This document shows, piece by piece, positions 30,782 through 39,910 of a DNA stretch of 64,000 nucleotides. Origin of the DNA: Candidatus Hydrogenedentota bacterium (GTDB lineage: Bacteria > Hydrogenedentota > Hydrogenedentia > Hydrogenedentales > SLHB01); NCBI GenBank assembly GCA_963668025.2, contig CAXXTH010000017.1:544001-608000 (forward strand), read 5' to 3'. The notes below the pieces were generated by a model. That model had not been told where the DNA came from and made no database searches. It saw nothing but the letters and a program-made list of their open reading frames with translations. Positions within the stretch are counted from its first letter, which is position 1. Each line of letters opens with the position of its first letter. Position numbers and translations under genes: made by a program.

Positions 30782-31729
30782 CTACTTGAACAATATGCTG
30801 ACCGATTCTTCCTCATGGATGCGGCGGATGGCTTCGCCCACAAGCGGGGCGATGGACAACACCTTGATTTTAGAGCAGGCCATAGCCTTCTCCGTGAGCG
30901 GTATCGAGTCGCTCACCACCACCTCATCCAGCACCGAATCGGCTATCAGGTTCAGCGCCTCTCCGCTGAACACTGCATGCGTGGCGCAAGCCGACACAGC
31001 CAATGCGCCCCGTTCTTTGATGGCGGCCGCCGCTTTTACTAACGTGCCGCCAGTATCAATAATGTCATCGAAAATCAACGCGTTCTTTCCGCTTACATCT
31101 CCGATCACATTCATCACTTCCGAGTGGTTCGCCTTGATGCGGCGTTTGTCCACAATCACGAGCGGAGCGTCGATCCGCCGCGCGAACTCGCGGATGCGGT
31201 GGACACTCCCCGTGTCCGGGCTTACCACCACCGGCTTATCCACGCCTTTGGATAAAAAATGCTCCGCAAACACGATATCCCCGCTCAAATGATCCACGGG
31301 AATATCGAAAAATCCTTGAATTTGCCCACAGTGCAGATCCACCGTCAATACGCGGTCCGCTCCTGCCGCAACTATCAGATTCGACACCAGCTTGGCTGTT
31401 ATGGAAACGCGGGGCTTGTCTTTCCGGTCTTGGCGGGCGTATCCAAAATAGGGCAGCACTGCCGTCACGCGCTTCGCCGATGCCCGGCGCGCCGCATCGA
31501 TTAAAATCAACAGCTCCATCAAATGGTCATTCACCGGCGGCGATGTGCTGTTTACGATAAATACATCGCAGCCGCGCACATTCTCTTGAATCTGCGTATG
31601 CACTTCACCATCTTTAAAACGAGACACGGACGCCTCGCCTTGTTTCATGCCGAGATGATTGCAAATTATCCCGCCCAAGGCAGTAGACGCCGAACCGCAA
31701 AAGATTTTCTTTTCGGAACTGAAAGACAC
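30782..31729 (-). CDS. prs: Ribose-phosphate pyrophosphokinase
   Basis: FKDGE, PYFGYARQDRK, DLH, DDIIDTGGT. Confidence 0.96.
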   Translation of the reverse strand: MSFSSEKKIFCGSASTALGGIICNHLGMKQGEASVSRFKDGEVHTQIQENVRGCDVFIVNSTSPPVNDHLMELLILIDAARRASAKRVTAVLPYFGYARQDRKDKPRVSITAKLVSNLIVAAGADRVLTVDLHCGQIQGFFDIPVDHLSGDIVFAEHFLSKGVDKPVVVSPDTGSVHRIREFARRIDAPLVIVDKRRIKANHSEVMNVIGDVSGKNALIFDDIIDTGGTLVKAAAAIKERGALAVSACATHAVFSGEALNLIADSVLDEVVVSDSIPLTEKAMACSKIKVLSIAPLVGEAIRRIHEEESVSILFK

Positions 31730-31753
31730 GGTAGATGCCCCGTTAATGGGTTC

Positions 31754-31828
31754 TGGCTGGGGCGGAAGGATTCGAACCTCCGAATGCCGGGACCAAAACC
31801 CGGTGCCTTACCGCTTGGCGACGCCCCA
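31754..31828 (-). tRNA. tRNA-Gln (TTG)
   Basis: Minus strand reads TGGGGCGTCGCCAAGCGGTAAGGCACCGGGTTTTGGTCCCGGCATTCGGAGGTTCGAATCCTTCCGCCCCAGCCA: anticodon TTG, T-loop GTTCGAAT, encoded CCA; typical position upstream of prs. Confidence 0.97.
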
Positions 31829-31902
31829 GCATAACAGCATACGCGCGGCAGCCCGGCTAAACGTAGGCTTCCATCGCGCAAACTACGCCAAAACAGATAG
31901 AA

Positions 31903-31932
31903 AGTATAGCAATCCCCCGCCTTCCAATGCAA
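31903..31932 (-). promoter_or_regulatory. Probable sigma70 promoter for tRNA-Gln/prs
   Basis: TTGCAT-N18-TATACT with an extended TG. Confidence 0.5.
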
Positions 31933-32118
31933 CCATATCCCATGGCCCACAGCGGTGAAGAATAGCGGCGCCCCAGGGTCAGGCGTTGAGGTGATGCGGG
32001 TTAGACGGGGGGTGGCGAGGCCGACAGGCGACAGGAGGGGCAGCGGCTGTGCGTAAAGCCGGTGAATGGATGGGCGAGACGTGTAGGGCGGCGGCGCAAC
32101 CGGGAACGCGCGGGCGCC

Positions 32119-33555
32119 CTATGCGGAACTGAAGCGGATCTGGATGGCCTCGGTGCAGAGGGCGTCATATTGTTCGCGGGACAGGGTGGCGTTGCGCAGG
32201 GCTTCGAGGAGGCGATGGGCAAGGTTTCTGGCGGAGCCAAAGCCTTTTGGAAAGTGGGCGGCCAGAAGGCTGCCATCCTCCAGGAGTTGCATGAGCAGAT
32301 GGGCTATCTGCATCAAGAGGTAGTAGATCTTACTGGCCTGTTCGTTTTGGGTATAGGCGTGTTCGAGGTTGTAGCCGCCGTTTTTCTGCACGTTGAATGC
32401 TTCATTTTCAATCTTCCAGCGTAAGCGTCCTCCTTCATTGGCCAAGGCGGCCGCATTGTGCGCGGATACGGATACGTTGGTCACCCATTTGAACTTGGTT
32501 TTCTTTATCATGCCTTCCGCGTCCGGGCGGGTGTCCACGCATTCGAGCACGGACAGGATGTGTTCACGCCGCTCGGAATCGCGGTAGGGGATGTCGTTGA
32601 CCCAGCGAAACTGCTGGTGGATTTCCTTCTTGTTGCCGCAACGCCACGTAAGCTGGTTTTCGGGCGTCGCGGCCGCGAGGCTCTCGAATTCTTCGTTCAC
32701 GGTGGCCAATTGGCCGTCCGTGAGCGTAATCATGAACTTCCAGCCATATTGCTGGCACAGCCGAAACACCGGTCCCGTGGCGTACAGGCCGTCCATCGCC
32801 AACAGCAGCGGCAAGCGGGGGAATCGGGCATGCAGGCGTGGGGCCAGCCGGTAGAAGGCTTTGGTCTCGCAATCCTGCTTGCGTTGTTGCTCGCTTTTCG
32901 CCAGGTCTTTCTCTGGATTCTCAATGAACTCCGTCATGAGCGAAAAGACCCACCCGTTTGGCGTGACGATCTTGGACTCCAGCACGGGATGGTAGTAGGT
33001 GATCTTGCCGCTCTTGTGCTTGCGCGTGAGGCAATGGGCGCAGTGGCGATGATCATAACTGCGTGTCCCCGTGGCGTCGATGGCCGCCACGTAGTAGCGC
33101 CCGAACAGGCGGTGGGGGTACAACACCTTCTTGTCGATGAGCGTCTGCGTCATGCCGGAAACGAGTTCCTGGACCGCCTCGAACGGCAAACCGCGAAATA
33201 CCCCGTTCATCGTATCGCCATGCGGCACGCTGTCCACGTCAAACAAGACCTTGTACAGATGGACCATGAACGTCGTGTACAACTGCAGGCGGACTTGCCG
33301 GCGCGCCCCGAGCCGGCATGCGAACATCAGCACTCCCAAGAACACCAGCGACGCGACACTGTAGTCCACGTCGCCGGCTTGCTCGGGTTTGCGGGGATCG
33401 GGCAAGCCCGCAAAGCGCTTGCGCACCGGGCCAAAGAAGTGGGTGAACGTCCTCAAGAAGGCCCGGATGATTTCCGGATGCTCTTCTTGCGGGTTTGCAG
33501 GAACTGCCGTTGGGCCGCGCCCATGGCCTCGACGAGCTTCTTGAGCTTTTTCCAT
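32119..33555 (-). CDS. DDE transposase (ISAs1/IS4-superfamily-like)
   Basis: LPDPR, AIDATG, DGLYA, RLRWKIENEAFNVQK. Confidence 0.9.
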   Translation of the reverse strand: MEKAQEARRGHGRGPTAVPANPQEEHPEIIRAFLRTFTHFFGPVRKRFAGLPDPRKPEQAGDVDYSVASLVFLGVLMFACRLGARRQVRLQLYTTFMVHLYKVLFDVDSVPHGDTMNGVFRGLPFEAVQELVSGMTQTLIDKKVLYPHRLFGRYYVAAIDATGTRSYDHRHCAHCLTRKHKSGKITYYHPVLESKIVTPNGWVFSLMTEFIENPEKDLAKSEQQRKQDCETKAFYRLAPRLHARFPRLPLLLAMDGLYATGPVFRLCQQYGWKFMITLTDGQLATVNEEFESLAAATPENQLTWRCGNKKEIHQQFRWVNDIPYRDSERREHILSVLECVDTRPDAEGMIKKTKFKWVTNVSVSAHNAAALANEGGRLRWKIENEAFNVQKNGGYNLEHAYTQNEQASKIYYLLMQIAHLLMQLLEDGSLLAAHFPKGFGSARNLAHRLLEALRNATLSREQYDALCTEAIQIRFSSA

Positions 33556-33800
33556 TCCTCAATCCATTGCGCCACTTCGCGGCGCAATTCACGGGGCACG
33601 TGGAGGGTGCGGGTCTTCCCGCCCTCCTTCCACGTCAGCAGGGCCGTTTCATGGATCGGCCCTTCCTGGACGCACCGGCAGCGCGGGTTCCCGCAGCGGC
33701 TGCGGGTGATGGTGAGCGTGGCGGGAAGAAAGGGCCCCAGACGCGCCAGGCGCGCCTGGACCTTGCGTCCCGCCGAGTTCGTGACAGGTTTCCCTTCCAT
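33453..33800 (-). CDS. IS accessory protein (DUF6788-like)
   Basis: RCGNPRCRC..GPIH, TWKEGGKTRTLHVP, C-terminal helix; lies inside the IS upstream of the transposase. Confidence 0.75.
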   Translation of the reverse strand: MEGKPVTNSAGRKVQARLARLGPFLPATLTITRSRCGNPRCRCVQEGPIHETALLTWKEGGKTRTLHVPRELRREVAQWIEEWKKLKKLVEAMGAAQRQFLQTRKKSIRKSSGPS

Positions 33801-34020
33801 GTACGGAAGTATATATACTTCCGTACCAGAAGTCAACAAAAAAAAGCGCCGATGCGAAGAAAAAACTCCCCGCACCGGCGCATCCTCAACTCATTCAACT
33901 GCTTCTACGCGAAAAAAAAGCGGTTCTTCACCGCTGCATGGCCCACTCTTCGCACCCATAATCCAGGCTTTTCAAGCGCGTCAGGTTGAACCGCATGAAG
34001 CGGGGAGATACAGTGCAAGC

Positions 34021-36804
34021 ATGAAACAAGCAGATGGGAATGAAGTGGAGCCATCCCGTGAAACTGCCCAGGCGGCAACGGGAAGCTATCCGATACTCGA
34101 CCCCGCCCAGTGGGTGCGCGCAGGCCTTGCGCTATTGATAGCGGCCGTGGTGCTTGCCATGTATCCCACTACGGGCGATTCGACAGGACCTATCAAAACG
34201 ATCCTTTTGAGCTGGGGAGTCTGCGCCTTGGCGGCGTTCTATGGCGTAGCGACAACCGCGCAAGGCATCTCCTGGCGGAAGCCCGGCCTGCTCCTGGGGG
34301 CGCTCATAGCCTTAGTGCTGCTTGCCCTGTCAGCGGCGCTGGCCTCGAACCACACGGGCTTCGCCCTTGTGGAGGTGCGGCGGCTGGCGGCGCTTGCTTT
34401 AGCCGCCTGTTTGGCCGGGCAAGTTTATCGCACCCGAGTCCAATGCGACGCCTTTCTCGCCACCGTGTGCTGCGCGGCAGCCGTAAACTCATTATACGCC
34501 CTGGGGCAATATGCGGGCGCGGATCCCTTTCCCTGGGCATATGAACACGGCGTTCTATACGCCCAACTCCCAGGAACCTTGGGCAATCCCAATTACGCGG
34601 CCCACCTGGTGGCCTTGGCCGCCGTGTTGTCCATCTATCTTTCCACCACGGAACGCTGGCGATGGTGCATCGTTTTCGCGCCGTTGTTCCTGGTGCATTT
34701 GCGTTTCACCGGCCAGCGCGGCGGCGTGGCCGCGTTGGCAATTGCATTGCTCGTGGCGGGCATCGCCATCGCAATTAAGCATACCCGGCGCAAGACAGCG
34801 ATCACCATGAAACGGCTTTTCGCTGGGGCGGGATGTCTGTGTTTGGCGGGCATATTGCTCGCCGCGGGTGGTTCCTATGCCAAATATGGCCGTTTGTATC
34901 CTTTAGACTCCAGCCTGCTCGAACGCTACAACGGCTATGTCAGCGCCGCTTCCATGGCGGCCAAACGCCCGCTCTTGGGCTTCGGGCCTGGCAGCTTTGT
35001 CATCGAGAATCCGCCGTTCTGGACCGCATACGAGCAGCTCCGTTTCGCCCTCAGCCGCGAAACCAATGCGCGCGTACATAATGACATCCTGGAATGGGCC
35101 GTGGATGCGGGCATACCCGCCGCAGGCCTGTATGTCCTGTTCCTGTCACTCATCGCCGCCACCGGATTATGGCTCTATTTTCGCGACACAGGCCCACGAG
35201 GCCGTTTGGGGCTTTGTTTCGCCGTTTTTGCGATAACCTTCACCGTGGATGGATGTTTTGGTTTTAATTTTCGTCTGCCCGCTTCCGCTTTGCTCCTCGT
35301 CGTGGTGTCTGGACAGGCGGCGGCTGCCATCACTTCCGAAAATGCGCTATTCCCCGCACGGCTGCGCGGCATGCGATGGGCTTTTCTGGCGGCCATACTG
35401 GCGGTTATAACAGCCATCGCCGTGGGCGATGCCCGGGTCTTTTTGAGCCAGCTTGCCTACACCCGGGCCGCGAGCAATGTCCGGCTGGGGAGGTATCGGG
35501 ACGCGGGCGAAGCGCTGGCCAAAGCGGAACAACTAGCGCCTTGGAAATGGAATTATTCGAGCGAACGCGGAAGCCTGCAACTGGACCACGGCAATCTCCA
35601 AACCGCCGCCGTACATTTCACCAAGGCCCTCGAAAAAAATCCTAACTCGCTCATGGCGCTGGCTAATCTGGCCAAAGCCTTGATGGAACAAGCCCTGGCC
35701 GGGCAAGGCCCGCTAGACGCCTCCCAAGCCCAGGCGCTCGATGCTTCCGCGCAAGCCATCCAGCGCGCATTGTCTTTATGCCCAGTTTTGCCAGCGGCGC
35801 TCGAACTACAGGGCCGGATTGAGTACGCCCTCACGCAACGAACCTTGCCGCCAGGCATACAGCCCCCCAGCGGCGTCACGCCACAGCCAGAGGCCGCCGA
35901 GAAACATCTGCGGCAAGCGGTCCAGTATGGCGTTGAAAAACCAGCGCCCCTATATCTTCTTATCGCACAAATACGGCAAAATGACGGAGATATAGCGGGC
36001 GCGGCACACGACGCCGCACGCGCCGCGGCCGTCGACCCGGCATCCAATCCCGCATGGGAATACTGGTTCTCGATTGCTTCACAGGCGAATGCCATCGATG
36101 CATTCGAACAGGCGCTGCAAGCGGAATGGGAAAAGGCCTCCCGAAAACAGCCGCCGCAAGAAACCCTCTTGGCGGTCACGGCGTACTGGCAGGGCCGCGC
36201 AGCCCAAGCCTTCCAACAAGATACAGCGTTAGCGGAATCCTGGTACGTCAAAGCACAGCACTATGCCCCCTACTGGCCCGTGGCATGGATGCCCTCCACC
36301 GAACTCGCGGACGCATCCGGCCGCCGCGATGCGCTCCGGGAACAGCTTAGGAAAGCCCTCTCCGCTATTCGCGGCACCCCGCCCATGCCCCCCGCCATGG
36401 AAGCCGTGCGCATTGTGTTCGAGGATAAAGAAACCGCCGAGGCCGCCGCCATTCTGCGCGCGGAACTGCCTGCAAGCAGCGCCCCTCGCGATCAAAGCCA
36501 GCTTGAGCAACTGGCATGGGCCGCCCAATGGGTTGAAGAGTCCCTAACGGATCATAGCGCGGAGCCAGCCAAAGGGGGCGCCGCCTATGTCAACCTGGGA
36601 CTCGTCTACGCCGCCGCAGGCCAGATGGAACGGGCGGATGCATGCCTGGGCCGCGCCGCCCTGTTTCTAGCCCAAACAGACCCAGCCCAAGCGCTTCCAG
36701 GAGGCGAAGATACCGCACGCCGTATCGAAGCCTGCGCGGCAGCTTGCCCTAGCCAGCCGGAATGGGCGTATCTTGCCGAACGATTCCGGGTGGAAACGAA
36801 ATAG
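34021..36804 (+). CDS. O-antigen ligase/O-oligosaccharyltransferase (Wzy_C) family protein with C-terminal TPRs
   Basis: Multi-TM; GTLGNPN, RGG, GFGPGSF, VHNDILE; TPR helices follow. Confidence 0.85.
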   Translation: MKQADGNEVEPSRETAQAATGSYPILDPAQWVRAGLALLIAAVVLAMYPTTGDSTGPIKTILLSWGVCALAAFYGVATTAQGISWRKPGLLLGALIALVLLALSAALASNHTGFALVEVRRLAALALAACLAGQVYRTRVQCDAFLATVCCAAAVNSLYALGQYAGADPFPWAYEHGVLYAQLPGTLGNPNYAAHLVALAAVLSIYLSTTERWRWCIVFAPLFLVHLRFTGQRGGVAALAIALLVAGIAIAIKHTRRKTAITMKRLFAGAGCLCLAGILLAAGGSYAKYGRLYPLDSSLLERYNGYVSAASMAAKRPLLGFGPGSFVIENPPFWTAYEQLRFALSRETNARVHNDILEWAVDAGIPAAGLYVLFLSLIAATGLWLYFRDTGPRGRLGLCFAVFAITFTVDGCFGFNFRLPASALLLVVVSGQAAAAITSENALFPARLRGMRWAFLAAILAVITAIAVGDARVFLSQLAYTRAASNVRLGRYRDAGEALAKAEQLAPWKWNYSSERGSLQLDHGNLQTAAVHFTKALEKNPNSLMALANLAKALMEQALAGQGPLDASQAQALDASAQAIQRALSLCPVLPAALELQGRIEYALTQRTLPPGIQPPSGVTPQPEAAEKHLRQAVQYGVEKPAPLYLLIAQIRQNDGDIAGAAHDAARAAAVDPASNPAWEYWFSIASQANAIDAFEQALQAEWEKASRKQPPQETLLAVTAYWQGRAAQAFQQDTALAESWYVKAQHYAPYWPVAWMPSTELADASGRRDALREQLRKALSAIRGTPPMPPAMEAVRIVFEDKETAEAAAILRAELPASSAPRDQSQLEQLAWAAQWVEESLTDHSAEPAKGGAAYVNLGLVYAAAGQMERADACLGRAALFLAQTDPAQALPGGEDTARRIEACAAACPSQPEWAYLAERFRVETK

Positions 36805-36806
36805 CT

Positions 36807-37772
36807 TCACATCGCGATGGCTATCCCCCCCAGCGCGCCCAGCAAAAATGCCGCCAGCGTCTTGGCAAGGATGCTGCTAAGAATGCAAAGAAACAGATAA
36901 GTAACGATCAGATGAAAGGGAAAATCCAGTCTCATCCAGAGATATGCCAGCACAAACAGAAATCCAAAAATCGGAATCATAAGCAATACATTTATAATAA
37001 TAGTAGATACCAACACCGACGCTAGATTCATGGCCATATCATCCGAAGGCAGCATCTTGGCCATGTGAAGCACCAAATATAAAGAAAGGAATACCGGTAG
37101 AAGCCGCATCGCGAAGCAAATGCCAAGAACTATAATATACACGGAAGCCGGCAAATCCTGCTCAGGCGCGTTAGCCATTTCGCCGCCGTGCGAGTATTCC
37201 GCCATGTTTTCCGGCTCGCTGAACAGGGCCACATATACCCCGAGCAGCATCACCAAAATCGCCGCGGTCCAAAGGGCTGCTCGAAACAGCTCCGGATGTC
37301 CTTTCGCAAAAGCAGGGATCTTCGGACTATCGTCCTCACTTTCGTTCAGCGGCGGCAAATGATGAAACGCTTGGGGCGGCAATGGTTGTGAGGTGATGAC
37401 TTCACCTTGGACAACGGTATACCCTTCTGGGCTGGACAAGCGGGAACAGATATGGCAAATCACACCGATATCGGTTTCATACCGGTCCCATTCCCCCCGG
37501 AACGGTTTGCCGCATCGGGCGCATGCCCCTCCCGCCACGCGAGGTGGAGAATCATTCGAGATGAATCCCTCCACCGCCGGATTTAGGCTTTGTGGCGCAA
37601 CCGCCACGGGGGCGGCTTGGCGCACCGGGGAAGAGGCAAAAGGCTGGGTATTCTCGCTGGTGACATCTAGGACACTGTGGCACTTGCTACAACGCCCTTT
37701 GGTCCCCATCGCATATTCCGGCACCCGCATCCGGTTGCCGCATTGGCCGCAAAATAGCACTAAATCCGACAT
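36807..37772 (-). CDS. Double zinc-ribbon membrane protein
   Basis: CGQC..CSKC and CARC..CHIC, then about 5 TM helices; GGAGG RBS. Confidence 0.7.
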   Translation of the reverse strand: MSDLVLFCGQCGNRMRVPEYAMGTKGRCSKCHSVLDVTSENTQPFASSPVRQAAPVAVAPQSLNPAVEGFISNDSPPRVAGGACARCGKPFRGEWDRYETDIGVICHICSRLSSPEGYTVVQGEVITSQPLPPQAFHHLPPLNESEDDSPKIPAFAKGHPELFRAALWTAAILVMLLGVYVALFSEPENMAEYSHGGEMANAPEQDLPASVYIIVLGICFAMRLLPVFLSLYLVLHMAKMLPSDDMAMNLASVLVSTIIINVLLMIPIFGFLFVLAYLWMRLDFPFHLIVTYLFLCILSSILAKTLAAFLLGALGGIAIAM

Positions 37773-37929
37773 GTTCCTCCACTGCGAACCCGGGCTTCAG
37801 TGTAGCAAGGGAGGTGTCTGGCATGCAAACAGCGTTACAGGGCAATAACATTAACATGCCAAGAACCGGCTATCAGCGGCGCGACAGGCAAACAATGCCC
37901 CTAAATCGCAAGATGAAATATACGTTTCT

Positions 37930-37980
37930 CGTAGCATGGCCGTCTCGGCCATGCGGCATGGGCGGGACGCCCATGCTACG
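37930..37980. repeat. REP-like palindromic doublet (family B)
   Basis: CGTAGCATGGCCGTCTCGGCCATGC..CATGGGCGGGACGCCCATGCTACG; near-identical copy at 61944-61995. Confidence 0.8.
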
Positions 37981-37984
37981 TTTT

Positions 37985-39910
37985 TTAATCCAGCGCGAGC
38001 ACAAACGTGCTTACACTGTGCCAGGCATTGTGCAGGAAAAGGGCTTCCCGCTGCGCGCCGGCTTTCTTGAAGCCCAGCGCCTCTAGAAATGCCTGGAGCG
38101 CGGGCTCCCGATCTGCGGCTTCGACCAGAATCCGGCGAAGGGATTGCTGTTTGCCCGCCTCGGTGAGGAGAAACCGGAATCCCTTGCGGATGCGTTCCTG
38201 GGCATACAGCGCTTCATCATGCAGGAAGATGCTGGCGCGCATGGCGCCCGTAGCCATATCTGGCGTCATGCGGACCAGGCCAATGGGCGCGCCGCCGCGT
38301 AGCGTGGCGACCATTTCCTGCACGAAAACTTGCGGGTGAAGGGCGTCCATCTCCCGCTCGTATTGCGTGGTCATCAATACGCAGCCCGGATGTAACACAA
38401 AATACGAAGCCTCGCTCCAGTTTTCCCACTTCACCAGCATCTCGGCGTCCGCTTCCGCGATAGGCCGCATCAGCACATTCAATTGGAGCGCGGCGCGCGC
38501 CATCGTGGCGAGGGAAAACAACGACGGCTTGGACGAGGCGTTCATGCCTTGATAAATCGGCGTGAAGTTGACCCCCTGGCCGGAAAGAATATTGAAGGCC
38601 GATACCGCCGAGGCCATCCACATGCGCTGCGCCTCGCACCAAGGCCCATGTGGTTTGCGGAAAGAGCCCGAAAGAGCTTGATGTACGGCGGCCGTCCCGC
38701 CGCCGCATAAATTGCGCGCCCAGCAGTTCCGGCACGCGGAAGTCGTGAGCGAGCCCACATCGTCATATCGCTTTAAGGCTTCTTCATCGACATGCCCGTC
38801 CACGATAGACCCCGCCCGGAATTCCGGCATCCCGAAAAAGCGCCAAGAGGGGTAAATGCCGCCGTCGGCGTCCACCGCGAGTTCATTCGTGCCGGTTGCA
38901 TCCGTACGGGCTTGCGGCTTGCCTTCGTGAATACGGTAAAACAATGCGGCAATGGGATCGAGCCGGAAATGGCGTCCCTTGGCGAGTTGTTCCGCATAAT
39001 ACACCGCCGACTGGCTTAATCCCGGCAGTATGGCGGCAGGTTCGAGCGCGGGATTGGCGATGAACGCGCCATCCAGATCGATCTCGATGACTTTGAAACC
39101 CGCCTTGTCCAGTTCCGGCACCACTCCGCCGTATTCCGGATGATTCGGCCGTACAACGATGCGCCCTGACACGCCTTCCGCGCCAGGCTGCAATACTTTC
39201 ACCAGGCGCGCCAGCGACTCCGTACTGCCTTTCGCCAAGGCATTCAAATGCGGCGCAATGCCGCTTGGATCTTGGAACGCCAGTTTGGCGGAAACGGTAT
39301 GGCCTTTCAGCGCTTCTGGCGGATTCGACAAGGCAATGTCCGCCACATGCACGACCGCACTCAGTTTTTTCCCCGCGAGCGAGGCGAGGCGTAGCGCATG
39401 GGCGCATAAACCGGCAAGCAATTCGGGCTGGCGCACGGCTCCCGGAACGATGAATTCGATAGCGAGTTCTTTCTGCTGTTCGGAGCGCGTGAGCAACAGT
39501 TCGACGGCTTCACGGCCTTGCTCGCGGGCGGAGTTCGACACCACCTGCACATCCTTGCCGAACCAGCCGCGCTTGCGCGGCGCTTCCACGGCATCCTCGC
39601 CCGGCAGCGAAACCGCTAAATGCTTGATTCCACGCTCCACGGAAAAGGTCTTCACGAAATCTTCTGGCGCAGGCTGCACTAGAATGGATTTGGTCGTGCG
39701 GAGCCACTCGAGTTCGCCCACGACTTCCGACAGTTCCTTCGGGTTATGTTGCTCCCCGAGCAGCCGGATGATGCGCGTCACGGACGCATCGGGGTAATAC
39801 TCGAGCACATCCCAGGAGATGCCGTCGCACTCGAAGCAGAAACAGGTTTCCGGGTCAATGGCAAACCGCTTGCCGCCCAGCTCGAACCGATGAATGCGTT
39901 CGCCCGCCAT
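37985..39910 (-). CDS. Fusion of putative RRE, degenerate radical SAM, partial SPASM and GNAT domains (putative peptide maturase/scaffold)
   Basis: N-terminus resembles the SCIFF maturase RRE; no CxxxCxxC; SPASM remnant LAVDADGGIYPS..CRNCWARNLCGGGT..WC; RimJ-like GNAT tail (MRPIAEADAEMLVKW..LGFKKAGAQRE). Confidence 0.75.
   Translation of the reverse strand: MAGERIHRFELGGKRFAIDPETCFCFECDGISWDVLEYYPDASVTRIIRLLGEQHNPKELSEVVGELEWLRTTKSILVQPAPEDFVKTFSVERGIKHLAVSLPGEDAVEAPRKRGWFGKDVQVVSNSAREQGREAVELLLTRSEQQKELAIEFIVPGAVRQPELLAGLCAHALRLASLAGKKLSAVVHVADIALSNPPEALKGHTVSAKLAFQDPSGIAPHLNALAKGSTESLARLVKVLQPGAEGVSGRIVVRPNHPEYGGVVPELDKAGFKVIEIDLDGAFIANPALEPAAILPGLSQSAVYYAEQLAKGRHFRLDPIAALFYRIHEGKPQARTDATGTNELAVDADGGIYPSWRFFGMPEFRAGSIVDGHVDEEALKRYDDVGSLTTSACRNCWARNLCGGGTAAVHQALSGSFRKPHGPWCEAQRMWMASAVSAFNILSGQGVNFTPIYQGMNASSKPSLFSLATMARAALQLNVLMRPIAEADAEMLVKWENWSEASYFVLHPGCVLMTTQYEREMDALHPQVFVQEMVATLRGGAPIGLVRMTPDMATGAMRASIFLHDEALYAQERIRKGFRFLLTEAGKQQSLRRILVEAADREPALQAFLEALGFKKAGAQREALFLHNAWHSVSTFVLALD

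Larger units (their letters stand above)
31950..33936 (-). mobile_element. Intact insertion sequence (1987 bp) with a DDE transposase and a small accessory ORF
   Basis: Terminal IRs CAGCGGTGAAGAA (31950-31962) and TTCTTCACCGCTG (33924-33936); 9-bp TSD CATGGCCCA at 31941-31949 and 33937-33945. Confidence 0.92.

Noticed and set aside
31754-33936. tRNA-anchored integrative island
   Set aside because: The IS lies upstream of the tRNA 5' end with its own TSD; there is no integrase or duplicated tRNA 3' end.
32458-36804. 1448-aa ORF in the track
   Set aside because: Its first ~520 codons are antisense to the IS transposase; the real gene starts at about 34021.
37985-39910. Calling this an active SCIFF/ranthipeptide maturase
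   Set aside because: It has no CxxxCxxC motif and the adjacent peptides have no cysteines.
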